This document shows, one piece after another, positions 17,778 through 27,022 of a DNA stretch of 64,000 bases. The position numbers and the translations under genes are program-made. The first letter of the stretch is position 1; every line of letters starts with the position of its first letter. This DNA is from Ignavibacteria bacterium RIFCSPLOWO2_12_FULL_56_21 (GTDB taxonomy: Bacteria; Bacteroidota; Ignavibacteria; UBA10030). The stretch spans positions 37,520 to 101,519 of the forward strand of contig MHAK01000077.1 of assembly GCA_001802945.1 (NCBI GenBank). Direction: 5' to 3'. The notes below the pieces were generated by a model. That model searched no databases, was not told the origin of the DNA, and was given only the letters and a program-made list of their open reading frames with translations.

Positions 17778-19225
17778 CCCACTCCTACAGATTACACCTC
17801 GACCCCAAGGAAGAGCGGACGATGATGCCGTATCCTCCTTTGGGGACCTTGTATGCCGCCGCGGTTCTCCGTGAACACGGTATCGATGTCGCGGTACACG
17901 ATGTTCAATTCGATCATGACGAACTTCCGTTTCACAACGCTCTTCGCCGGCACCGGCCTAAGCTCCTCGTCATATACGACGATGGCTTCAATTATCTGAC
18001 GAAGATGTGTCTGAGTAATATGCGGAACGTCGCCTACCGCATGGCTGCGCTTGCGCATGAAGCCGGCATTACCGTTGCGGTGTTCAGTTCCGACGCCACC
18101 GACCATATTCCCGCGTATGTCAGCCGCAATGTCGACTATGTGCTGTGCGGAGAAGCCGAAGAAACAACGGCCGAGCTATCCGCGGCCGTCTTGGACCGTT
18201 CGGCAGCTTCGCTCGAAGAAATTCCTGGACTGGCCTACGTTCGCAACGGTTCGATTTTCCGAACGCCCAAGCGGGGTGTTGCGCGGGAATTGGACAAATT
18301 TCCCTTTCCAGCCAGGGATCTCATCGAACTGGACGCGTATCGGAGCCGTTGGATGCGTCGTCACGGATACTTCTCCCTCAACGTCGTCACCACACGTGGG
18401 TGTCCGTTTCACTGCAATTGGTGCGCAAAACCGCTCTACGGTCAAGTGTATCACAGCCGAAGTCCGGAGAATGTCGCCGCAGAGCTCCGCCAACTTTGCT
18501 CCACGGCCTCCCCAGATCACATCTGGTTCTGTGACGACATCTTCGGGCTTCGTCCGGGTTGGGTTGAGGCGTTCGATCGGGCTGTGCACACCACGAAGCC
18601 GATCCTGCCGTATAAGTGTCTTTCGCGTGCGGACCTGCTTGATGCCTCCACTGTCCGTCACCTGCGCAACTCGGGATGCTCCACAGTCTGGGTAGGTGCA
18701 GAATCCGGGTCACAACGGATTCTGGACGCCATGGAAAAAGGGACGACGATCGAGCAGATACATTCGGCGACAACCCGGCTGCGTGGTGCAGGGGTTCGGG
18801 TCGGTTTCTTCCTTCAATTCGGCTACCCTGGCGAGGGCGAAGAAGACATCGATGCCACGCTCCGCATGGTAAGAGAATGTGCGCCCGACGAGATCGGTAT
18901 CTCGGTTTCGTATCCCCTTCCCGGAACGAGCTTCTATGATCGCGTAAGCGCGGATCTTACGTCAAAGCAGAATTGGACCGACAGTGGAGACCTTGAGTTG
19001 ATGTTCGCCGGGACATACCCTCCCCCATTCTATCGCGCATTGCATGTGCTCACCCACAAGCGCTTTTCGCGCTGGAGGGCCCTCCGCATGCTGAGGAATT
19101 TCTTCCACGGGGGCCCTGGATCGTTTCGACAAGTCATCCGAAATGTTGCTGTCGCCTGCTATCAAACGTTGACCCTTCCTGCTGTCGCCTTGCGGACGGC
19201 ATACTTGAGGCGACCGGTCCGATAA
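17759..19225 (+). CDS. B12-binding-domain radical SAM enzyme
   Basis: N-terminal Rossmann-like B12 region (PYPPLGTLYAAAVLREHGIDVAVHD) followed by TTRGCPFHCNWCAKP (CxxxCxxC). Confidence 0.88.
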   Translation: MADVLLTHSYRLHLDPKEERTMMPYPPLGTLYAAAVLREHGIDVAVHDVQFDHDELPFHNALRRHRPKLLVIYDDGFNYLTKMCLSNMRNVAYRMAALAHEAGITVAVFSSDATDHIPAYVSRNVDYVLCGEAEETTAELSAAVLDRSAASLEEIPGLAYVRNGSIFRTPKRGVARELDKFPFPARDLIELDAYRSRWMRRHGYFSLNVVTTRGCPFHCNWCAKPLYGQVYHSRSPENVAAELRQLCSTASPDHIWFCDDIFGLRPGWVEAFDRAVHTTKPILPYKCLSRADLLDASTVRHLRNSGCSTVWVGAESGSQRILDAMEKGTTIEQIHSATTRLRGAGVRVGFFLQFGYPGEGEEDIDATLRMVRECAPDEIGISVSYPLPGTSFYDRVSADLTSKQNWTDSGDLELMFAGTYPPPFYRALHVLTHKRFSRWRALRMLRNFFHGGPGSFRQVIRNVAVACYQTLTLPAVALRTAYLRRPVR

Positions 19226-20079
19226 TGCGTTACTTTGCTGCGCGTCGCAATGACACCGCAGAATCCCCCATCCGGCCCGATGTGAATCAGCAACAGGCTA
19301 TTGTTGGAGCCTACTCGGCCCTTGCAGCATCATACGACGAGTTTGACTGGACCCCGGTCGTTACCCGGGCACGTGATTACGTTCGTTCATGTCTGATGCG
19401 GAGAGTGGGCCCCGGACAACGCGTGCTGGAACTGAACTGCGGCGGAGGGGCGGATGCAATTGCGTTTGCCCGCGCGGGCTTGCACGTGGCAGCTTTCGAC
19501 GCTGTTCCACAGATGATCGAGATCGCACGCCGGCGGGCCGTTGCTTCAGGCGTGGCGGACCGAGTCCAATTCGATGTCATGCGCAATGAAGACGTTGGAC
19601 GGCATGATAGGCGTGATTACGCTGCCGTGTTCTCCAATTTTGGCGGTTTGAACACTACGGAAGATCTCTCCGACGTCTTTGCAACTGCTGCGCGACTTCT
19701 GGCGCCTGGAGGATGGTTCGTTGTGTGTACCCTGAACCGACATGCTGCTTGGGAGTCATTCAGCTATCTCGTCCGAGGTCAAGCGCGTGCCGCGCTTCGT
19801 CGCTGGGGGATTCAACCAAAGACCGTCGTTCTTGGTGGGTGCGAAGTGCGTGTTCGATATTATACTCCGAGGGAGTTTGTGCACTTCCTGCCTGAATGTT
19901 TGAAAATCCGGGAGATTGCGGGACTCAGTATTTGCTCTCCTCCCCTGGGCTCAATTAGATTTGCCAGTCGCTTTTCAGGACTGACGAACGTGCTGTGTGG
20001 AATCGACGATGTAATTCGTCGCGTCCCGATCCTGCGAGGTCTCGGTGATCATTTTGTGGTGGTGGCCCAACGCACATGA
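19225..20079 (+). CDS. Class I SAM-dependent methyltransferase
   Basis: Motif I is VLELNCGGGADAIAF. The start overlaps the radical-SAM stop (TAATG). Confidence 0.85.
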   Translation: MRYFAARRNDTAESPIRPDVNQQQAIVGAYSALAASYDEFDWTPVVTRARDYVRSCLMRRVGPGQRVLELNCGGGADAIAFARAGLHVAAFDAVPQMIEIARRRAVASGVADRVQFDVMRNEDVGRHDRRDYAAVFSNFGGLNTTEDLSDVFATAARLLAPGGWFVVCTLNRHAAWESFSYLVRGQARAALRRWGIQPKTVVLGGCEVRVRYYTPREFVHFLPECLKIREIAGLSICSPPLGSIRFASRFSGLTNVLCGIDDVIRRVPILRGLGDHFVVVAQRT

Positions 20080-21146
20080 TGAACGAAAGTGTTGCCTCCA
20101 TCTCGTGGGACCGATCTGACCCCCCAAAACGCATGCTGGCGATGCGATTTCATGCCGTCGGTGACGCGGCTGTGACGCTTCCCTATCTGGCCTGTCTTCG
20201 GAGGATGTACCCGCTGTCGACGATAGATGTACTGACAGCAAACGGAGCTCGAAAGCTGTTTGAAGACCTGCCTTGGGTCTCAAACGTCTTTGTCATTGAT
20301 ACTGGTCGAGGTCCGCTTGCACGCGCCGTGGATGCATTTGCGCAAGGTCTCGAAGCACGATGGCGGCGGTATGACCTGATCTTCGACCTTCAACGGAATT
20401 GGACGAGTCGACTTGTACGTCGGATCGCGCGACCTGCCGCGTTTACCGAATTCGAAAGATTTGTCCCATTGCATGCGGCAACGCGGGTGGAAAGATCCTT
20501 ACGGCGCGCCGGGGTCGGCCCAATCGCGCCGGATCATGTGTTTTCACTCTCTCCAGAAGTCGAGCGTGAAGCGCATGCCCTCCTGTGTGCGCACGGCTGG
20601 GATGGTCATCGTGCGCTCTTCGTCCTGAATCCAGCCGGCCTTTGGGTAACACGCCAATGGCCGGAAGAGAACTACATAGCTGTAGCGAAGGAGATTGTGC
20701 GGATCCTCGACGGAACCATCGTTTTCCTGGGAACGGATCGCGTATCAGGAAGAGCACGACGGATCGAGGCGGATCTCCCAGGATGGACAATGGACCTTTC
20801 CGGCAAGACATCCCTGCCAGTTGCACTTGCAGTTCTCCGGGCGTGCACTGCCATGGTCACGGAAGATTCCGGACTCATGCACATGGGATGGGCGGTTGGG
20901 CTTCCAATCGTCGCACTTTTCGGATCCAGTCGTCATGACATGTCAAGTCCAACCGGTTTGGCGAGCGTTATTCTGCATTCCGGAGACCTGGAATGCGGAA
21001 GTTGCATGTCTCCCACATGCCGTTTTGGCGATGTGCACTGTCTGTCGCGTCGAACTCCAAAAGAGGTCATGTCAGCGCTCGATGCAGTGATGTCGGAGAG
21101 ACCAGGTAAGCCGCGCCGGGACTTGAATCGCTCAGCAACGGTATGA
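20076..21146 (+). CDS. Glycosyltransferase family 9 (heptosyltransferase-like)
   Basis: MRFHAVGDAAVTLPYL..LNPAGLWVTRQWP..GKTSLPVALAVL..VTEDSGLMHMGWAVGLPIVALFG. ATGA overlap with the methyltransferase gene. Confidence 0.85.
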   Translation: MMNESVASISWDRSDPPKRMLAMRFHAVGDAAVTLPYLACLRRMYPLSTIDVLTANGARKLFEDLPWVSNVFVIDTGRGPLARAVDAFAQGLEARWRRYDLIFDLQRNWTSRLVRRIARPAAFTEFERFVPLHAATRVERSLRRAGVGPIAPDHVFSLSPEVEREAHALLCAHGWDGHRALFVLNPAGLWVTRQWPEENYIAVAKEIVRILDGTIVFLGTDRVSGRARRIEADLPGWTMDLSGKTSLPVALAVLRACTAMVTEDSGLMHMGWAVGLPIVALFGSSRHDMSSPTGLASVILHSGDLECGSCMSPTCRFGDVHCLSRRTPKEVMSALDAVMSERPGKPRRDLNRSATV

Positions 21147-21149
21147 CGG

Positions 21150-22307
21150 ATGAGGACTGAGACTACAGGACATTTGCTGCGGTTCGCCGTGCTGACGCAC
21201 GGTGGCATTGCCCCGTATGCAAACGGAGTCCATATTCCCCATTTGGTCGAGACTGTACGGACTTTGAGCACAAAAGCGGATGTAGAGGCATTCACCCTGC
21301 AGTTCGAAGGCAAACCCTCGGGCGAATATTCCATAGGCAATGCACGCGTCACGATCATTCCCCTTGAGGCACGGGCGCCACTCTGGAACTCTGTGCGAAT
21401 GCTCGTTCAGGAGGTCTTACGGGCGCACAGGAGGAGCCGCTTTCATCTTATTCTCGGACTTTGGGGCTTTCCTGCGGGTATCGCTGCGTACATCGCTTCT
21501 CGTCTGGCGAAGGTGCCAAACGCCGTGAGTTTTCTTGGCGGCGAGACCGCCGACGTACCGTCGGTTGGATACGGGGGGATGCTCCGATTTCCCAGCAGAA
21601 TGCTCCTCACCTACCTCGCCCGCCACGCGGACCAGCTTCACGTTTTGTCGGGGTACCAAGCTTATCAGCTTCAGCAACGAGGAATCCGACCTCATTCTCT
21701 CTTTGTGTTGCCATTTGGCGTCAGCGCAACTCGTCCCTCGGTGTCGTCTCCCGAACGATCTTCTTCACCTCGAGTGCTTGTCCATGTTGCGAATATCACC
21801 GAAGTGAAAGACCAAATTACATTGCTTAAGGCGTTTGATATCATACGCCGCGAGGTCTCAGTTCGATTAAGAATTATTGGGCCAGACCATAGAGCCGGAT
21901 ATATTCATGATGTTGTGAAGCATATGGGGCTTAGCCGTTACATTGAATTCACTGGGCAGCTCACACATGCGGAAGTTCAAGAGCACTTGAGGTCTGCAAG
22001 CCTTGTTATTCAAACTTCGCGGCATGAATCCCAAGGCATGGTGGTCGTTGAAGCGGCCTCCCACGGAATCCCGGTTGTCACTACCAGGGTAGGCCTTGGC
22101 TGGGATTGGGAGGGCCTTGGCATTCTGGTTTCGGACCCAAATGATCCTGTGCAAATCGCGAGCCAATCACTCAAGATTCTTCTTCATCCCGAAAAGTACA
22201 AACACCGAGTTCACAAGCTAATACAGATTTCAAGACAGATGTCACCCGAAGCATTTTGCGACCAAATCGTGGCTCGATGCAGGCTTCGGGAGGATGGATC
22301 GACCTGA
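21150..22307 (+). CDS. Glycosyltransferase family 4 (GT-B, group 1)
   Basis: C-terminal ESQGMVVVEAASHGIPVVTTRVG (E-x7-E block). Confidence 0.85.
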   Translation: MRTETTGHLLRFAVLTHGGIAPYANGVHIPHLVETVRTLSTKADVEAFTLQFEGKPSGEYSIGNARVTIIPLEARAPLWNSVRMLVQEVLRAHRRSRFHLILGLWGFPAGIAAYIASRLAKVPNAVSFLGGETADVPSVGYGGMLRFPSRMLLTYLARHADQLHVLSGYQAYQLQQRGIRPHSLFVLPFGVSATRPSVSSPERSSSPRVLVHVANITEVKDQITLLKAFDIIRREVSVRLRIIGPDHRAGYIHDVVKHMGLSRYIEFTGQLTHAEVQEHLRSASLVIQTSRHESQGMVVVEAASHGIPVVTTRVGLGWDWEGLGILVSDPNDPVQIASQSLKILLHPEKYKHRVHKLIQISRQMSPEAFCDQIVARCRLREDGST

Positions 22308-23341
22308 TGGTTTCCGCCGTCATTGCTACACGAAATCGCCCCGATGATACTCGGAGGCTGATGTTGTCCCTCTCCCGGCTGGGCACTGTCCTGAAGGAAA
22401 TTGTCATTGTCGACGCAAGCGATATTCCATTCGTGCTCGAACGGGAGCAGGCGGGCATGGCGAGCCGGGTGAGAACTGAGGTCGTGTTATCGGCTCCCTC
22501 GCTCTCACATCAAAGAAACCTCGGGATTCAACGGGCGGCAGAACCCTTCATCCTCCTGTGCGACGACGACCTGGAGTTTCCAGAGAACTACCTGGAGGTT
22601 TTGTTGACGATGATGGAAGAACATCCAACCGTACATGTCGCGACGGGGCTCTGTTATGAGAGATCTCCGAATGGAACTTGGGAGACATCGCTTCCATCGG
22701 CAAAATTAAAGAACATGATGTGGTCTTGGTTCTTTCAACTTGGACTTTGGAAGTCGGTTGAACGAACGGTGGTATCCAGCGGGGCACAAACTCTCGAGGG
22801 AATGTTTCGGCATACCTTCGAAACATACTATCAGAAAGTTGGTAACTCCTTATCCAAGGGAGGTTGGCCGCTGGTAACTCAGATAACTTCAGAACCATTC
22901 ACTTCTGAAATCTTCACTCTTGGCGGGGCACTGTTCCGGACCGCTTGGCTTAAGAGAAACCTATTTGATGAGGCTCTTGATCCTCATGGGATCGGCGATA
23001 ATTACGACGTCTGCCTGGCTGTCGCGCGGGAGCATCCGGTGACAGTTGTGCCCCGCCTCGCCGTCCGGCACTACCGTTCCCCCGCCGGAAGGCTTGCTCC
23101 AATCATCGTGCAGCAGCGAAGAACATATGCACTCCACTATTTCCTCCATAAGCACGGCAAGTGGAATCGAACCCGGGCATTTTGGTTCGCCTGGTCCGTG
23201 TTCGGGCAAATCTTGTATGCACTCATGAAGGGCAGATTCTCGTCGGCATGGATGACTTCGAAGACGCTACTGCGCATAGTGATCGGCCGGAATCCGCTCT
23301 TCGCAACGGTTCGAACTACTTCATCGCACCGGGCCGAATAA
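22307..23341 (+). CDS. Glycosyltransferase family 2
   Basis: Start moved to ATG 22307 (TGATG overlap with the GT4 gene). MVSAVIATRNRPDD..LLCDDDLEF (DxD). Confidence 0.8.
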   Translation: MVSAVIATRNRPDDTRRLMLSLSRLGTVLKEIVIVDASDIPFVLEREQAGMASRVRTEVVLSAPSLSHQRNLGIQRAAEPFILLCDDDLEFPENYLEVLLTMMEEHPTVHVATGLCYERSPNGTWETSLPSAKLKNMMWSWFFQLGLWKSVERTVVSSGAQTLEGMFRHTFETYYQKVGNSLSKGGWPLVTQITSEPFTSEIFTLGGALFRTAWLKRNLFDEALDPHGIGDNYDVCLAVAREHPVTVVPRLAVRHYRSPAGRLAPIIVQQRRTYALHYFLHKHGKWNRTRAFWFAWSVFGQILYALMKGRFSSAWMTSKTLLRIVIGRNPLFATVRTTSSHRAE

Positions 23342-23392
23342 TTGCAACTCGCGGCTCTTTTCTATACCTTTTTGCCCCATTACAATGACTCC

Positions 23393-23815
23393 ATGAGAAC
23401 ATTTCACAGGGAACTGGGCCGTGTGGCGATGCGGGCCCGCGAATACGCGGTCGCCACGTACTCAGGATTCAAGGTCGGCGCGGCTCTCATGACCGCCTCA
23501 GGCAAAGTCTACACCGGCTGCAATGTGGAAAGCAGCTCGTACGGACTGACATTATGTGCGGAGCGCGTGGCATTGTTCAAGGCGATCTCTGATGGCGAGC
23601 GGAAGTTCAAGGCGATCGCCATTGCAACGGATGCGGCTGTTCCGACTCCACCGTGCGGCGCCTGCCGTCAGGTCCTTTCTGACCTTGCGGGCAACATTGA
23701 AGTCATCACGATGAACACCGAGAATACACTTGCGGTGCATCGGCTCAACAAGCTGTTGCCACACGCATTTACGGCCCGTCATCTCGGACTCCGCCGAACG
23801 AAGAAATCACGCTAA
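23393..23815 (+). CDS. cdd: Cytidine deaminase
   Basis: Start moved to ATG 23393. Zinc ligand blocks: CAERVALF and PCGACRQ. Confidence 0.92.
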   Translation: MRTFHRELGRVAMRAREYAVATYSGFKVGAALMTASGKVYTGCNVESSSYGLTLCAERVALFKAISDGERKFKAIAIATDAAVPTPPCGACRQVLSDLAGNIEVITMNTENTLAVHRLNKLLPHAFTARHLGLRRTKKSR

Positions 23816-24390
23816 TGGACACGTCAGCACAGCACGTCATTCCGAGAGATGTCGGTTGGATCGAGGTTATTTGCGGGTGCATGTTCAGCGGCAAAACCGA
23901 GGAACTCATCCGACGCCTTCGGCGTGCGCAGATAGCCAGGCAACGCGTGGTCGTCTTCAAACCTGTCATCGATAACCGGTATAGCCAGGAGCACATTGTC
24001 TCCCACAACGAACAAACACTTGTGTCCACGCCCGTTCAGGATGCCTCGGAGATCATCACTGGATCCACGGACGCCCAGGTTGTCGGGATTGATGAGGGAC
24101 AGTTCTTTGGCGGCAATCTTGTAGACGTATGCGAACAACTGGCACGGAGCGGGAAGCGCGTTATCGTTGCGGGTTTGGATCAGGATTATCGAGGCAAACC
24201 GTTCGAACCCATTCCGCAGCTCCTTGCCGTTGCCGAGTACATTACGAAAACGCTCGCTATTTGCGTGGTGTGCGGTAATCCCGCGGACCGCACTCAGCGG
24301 ACGTCCTCATCCCAGGAACGCGTCATTGTCGGCGCCAAAGATCTGTACGAAGCGCGTTGCCGACGATGCCATCGCGTCATCGAACACTAA
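23815..24390 (+). CDS. tdk: Thymidine kinase
   Basis: [15 protein letters not shown]-loop and C-terminal CVVCG..CRRCH zinc ribbon. TAATG overlap with cdd. Confidence 0.94.
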   Translation: MDTSAQHVIPRDVGWIEVICGCMFSGKTEELIRRLRRAQIARQRVVVFKPVIDNRYSQEHIVSHNEQTLVSTPVQDASEIITGSTDAQVVGIDEGQFFGGNLVDVCEQLARSGKRVIVAGLDQDYRGKPFEPIPQLLAVAEYITKTLAICVVCGNPADRTQRTSSSQERVIVGAKDLYEARCRRCHRVIEH

Positions 24391-24405
24391 CCTCAGGATC
24401 CCCCC

Positions 24406-25755
24406 ATGGATTTCGTTTCCCTTCTCCGCGGCGTAGGCGGCCTTGTGTTGCTGATCGGCATTGCCGTGCTCTTTTCCAACAATAGGTCAAAGATCAACTG
24501 GCGGCTGGTAGGAAGCGGTCTGGCAATACAGATCGTTTTTGCTATCCTCATCCTCTACAGCGAGTCACTACGCTCTTTCTTTGGACCACTGGGTTGGTTG
24601 AAGGATGCGATCGACGGTCTGGGACACGGCGTGGTTGCACTCCTGGGCTTTACGACCAAAGGTTCGGAATTCATCTTTGGCCGCCTCGCGATAAACTCCG
24701 GTCCGGATAGTCTGGGGTTTTATTTCGCGTTCCAGGTCCTTCCAACGATTATCTTCGTCTCATGTCTGACATCTGTCCTCTATTATCTTGGCATCTTGCA
24801 AGTGGTCGTCAAGGGCATGGCGTGGGTGATGGCCCGGCTCATGGGCACGAGCGGCGCGGAATCATTATCCAACACAGCGAACATCTTCGTTGGACAGACG
24901 GAAGCTCCCCTCCTGATCAGGCCGTACATCGGTAAAATGACGAACTCCGAAATCCTGACGATCATGATCGGAGGAATGGCCACGATCGCCGGAGGAGTGA
25001 TGGCGAGCTATATCCAAATGCTCGGCCAGTCTTTCGCAACTGCACAGGGGATCTCTCTTGACGAAGCGCAGTTCAAGTTCGCAGTGCAACTGCTCGCAGC
25101 CAGCGTTATGGCGGCGCCGGCCGGATTGCTCATTTCCAAGATCATTTATCCCGAGGTGGAAGAGCCGGAAACGCGCGGCACCGTGAAGCTGAAAGTGGAA
25201 AAGAACGCATCGAACGTCATCGAGGCTGCAGCCACGGGCGCGGCCGACGGGTTGCAGCTTTCCCTCAATGTTGGAGGCATGCTGCTCGCGTTTATAGCGT
25301 TGATCGCTTTGATCAACGCACTCCTGCAGTGGACCGGCGATCTCACTGGCATCAATACTGCCTTGACCGCGGCGTACGGCCAGCCCCTCTCCATGCAGTT
25401 GTTGTTCGGGCTTGTCCTGCAGTTCGTGGCGCACGGCATCGGTGTTCCAGCATCCGATGCTCTCTCGTTCGGCAGTCTCATCGGCACAAAGATTGCCCTC
25501 AACGAATTCGTGGCGTACCTCGACCTATCGACGCTTGTCCGCAGTGGAGCGCTGAGCGAAAAAGGCACGCTGATGGCAACGTATGCGCTCTGTGGCTTCG
25601 CAAACTTCTCTTCGATCGCGATTCAGATGGGCGGTATCGGACCTATGGCCCCTCACAGGAAGAAGGACATAGCCGCTCTGGGACTTCGGGCCGTATTGGG
25701 AGGAACCCTGGCGACGTTGATGACAGCGACAATCGCGGGCGTGCTGCTGGGATGA
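24406..25755 (+). CDS. nupC: Concentrative nucleoside transporter, NupC family
   Basis: 449-aa polytopic protein with CNT-like blocks (ESLSNTANIFVGQTEAPLLIRPY; EFVAY). Confidence 0.88.
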   Translation: MDFVSLLRGVGGLVLLIGIAVLFSNNRSKINWRLVGSGLAIQIVFAILILYSESLRSFFGPLGWLKDAIDGLGHGVVALLGFTTKGSEFIFGRLAINSGPDSLGFYFAFQVLPTIIFVSCLTSVLYYLGILQVVVKGMAWVMARLMGTSGAESLSNTANIFVGQTEAPLLIRPYIGKMTNSEILTIMIGGMATIAGGVMASYIQMLGQSFATAQGISLDEAQFKFAVQLLAASVMAAPAGLLISKIIYPEVEEPETRGTVKLKVEKNASNVIEAAATGAADGLQLSLNVGGMLLAFIALIALINALLQWTGDLTGINTALTAAYGQPLSMQLLFGLVLQFVAHGIGVPASDALSFGSLIGTKIALNEFVAYLDLSTLVRSGALSEKGTLMATYALCGFANFSSIAIQMGGIGPMAPHRKKDIAALGLRAVLGGTLATLMTATIAGVLLG

Positions 25756-26570
25756 CAGTGTCTATCGATCACGACCTTCGGGAAGCCGTCTCTGAACTTC
25801 GACGACGGAATGTCCCGTCCCCTTCCGTCGCGTTGATCCTCGGGTCAGGACTGGGAGATTTCGCGAAGGAGATCTCCAACGGCATCACAATTTCGGCGGA
25901 GGACCTTCCCGGCTATCCTTCATCGACCGTTCAAGGACACGCAGGCAGACTGATCTTCGGCAGCGTATCCGACGGGTCGCGGAGCTCACCCCTCCTTCTC
26001 GTATTTCAAGGGCGCGTGCATTTCTATGAAACTGCGGATGTCGACCGGACCACAGCCACAGTCCGATTGGCAGCGGCTTTGGGAGTTACACGGCTGTTGA
26101 TCACTAACGCCGCTGGTGGTATCAACCGCTCATTCGTTCCCGGCGATCTTATGCTAATGACCGACGTCATGTCGTTGCTTCCCCCGTCATCCAGGATGAT
26201 TGCAGGGAAGCAGAAGCTTTTGGAAGTCTTCGACCGGGATTTGACGATGCACTTGAAGGAATCTGCACGTGAAGAGGAAGTTGCGCTGAAGGAAGGCACA
26301 TATTGCTGGTTGAAAGGCCCCTCATACGAAACAGCTGCTGAGATTCGCATGCTCGGTATTCTGGGAGCTGATGCCGTCGGAATGTCGACCGTTCCCGAAC
26401 TTCAGACAGCCCGAGCGCTGGGCATGCGTTGCGCCGGAGTCTCGCTTATCTCTAATATGGGAACCGGCATTCTTCCTTCAAAACTCTCCCACGCTGAGGT
26501 CACAGACACCGCAAACAGATCGTCCGAACGCTTTTCCCACCTCATTAAGTCCTGTTTGCTTCGCCTCTAA
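25752..26570 (+). CDS. punA: Purine nucleoside phosphorylase (PNP-I, inosine/guanosine type)
   Basis: Start at ATG 25752 (ATGA overlap with nupC), not the track start at 25329. ALILGSGLGDFA..RVHFYE..GMSTVPE. Confidence 0.9.
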   Translation: MTVSIDHDLREAVSELRRRNVPSPSVALILGSGLGDFAKEISNGITISAEDLPGYPSSTVQGHAGRLIFGSVSDGSRSSPLLLVFQGRVHFYETADVDRTTATVRLAAALGVTRLLITNAAGGINRSFVPGDLMLMTDVMSLLPPSSRMIAGKQKLLEVFDRDLTMHLKESAREEEVALKEGTYCWLKGPSYETAAEIRMLGILGADAVGMSTVPELQTARALGMRCAGVSLISNMGTGILPSKLSHAEVTDTANRSSERFSHLIKSCLLRL

Positions 26571-26580
26571 GTCTATCGCA

Positions 26581-26604
26581 TGCTCCCGTCATGTTACGGG
26601 AGCA
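26581..26604. terminator. Hairpin between the convergent punA and DUF420 genes
   Basis: TGCTCCCG-tcatgtta-CGGGAGCA. The DUF420 stop codon lies in the loop. No T-tract on either strand. Confidence 0.4.
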
Positions 26605-27020
26605 CAAAGGTGGTATAGCATTACGTAGATGACCACCCCCGTGACTGAGACATAGGTCCACACGGGGAAGGTCCATTTTGCTATTGCCTTGTGCAGGCGA
26701 TCGTCCCTACGGAGTCCTCGGCGAAGCGTCACAATCACCATGGGGACCACGGCGGCAGCAAGAATCGTGTGCGAAAGCAGTATTCCAAAGTATATGAAGC
26801 GCACAACTCCTTCTCCCTGGAAGGGTTGCGAACCGTGATGCAAGTGATACACAAGATAGGAAACAAGGAAGAGAATGGAGACCGAGAAGGCAGAGATCAT
26901 GAAGGCCTTATGTTTCTGGACCATTCCACGCTTAACGTAACTTCTGCCCACGACGAGGAGAAGTGCGGATGTGGCGTTCAGTAGGGCGTTGACAGTGGGT
27001 AGCAGATCGAGGGGGAACAC
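26589..27020 (-). CDS. DUF420 membrane protein (cytochrome-oxidase-associated)
   Basis: LLPTVNALLNATSALLLVVGRSYVKRG..SYLVYH..four helices. I prefer the GTG at 27020, immediately after the ctaB stop, over the overlapping track start at 27176. Confidence 0.75.
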   Translation of the reverse strand: MFPLDLLPTVNALLNATSALLLVVGRSYVKRGMVQKHKAFMISAFSVSILFLVSYLVYHLHHGSQPFQGEGVVRFIYFGILLSHTILAAAVVPMVIVTLRRGLRRDDRLHKAIAKWTFPVWTYVSVTGVVIYVMLYHLCAPVT

Positions 27021-27022
27021 TG

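Noticed and set aside
25329-25751. Long N-terminal extension of the punA ORF (413 aa in the track). Similar extensions were seen on nagA (to 15365), ctaA (to 29081), the PAP2 gene (to 60874), acyP (to 62393) and the DUF420 gene (to 27176).
   Set aside because: The extensions overlap the upstream genes in another frame, are Arg/Pro-rich, and family-typical N-termini begin at internal ATG or GTG codons that sit at or next to the upstream stop codons.
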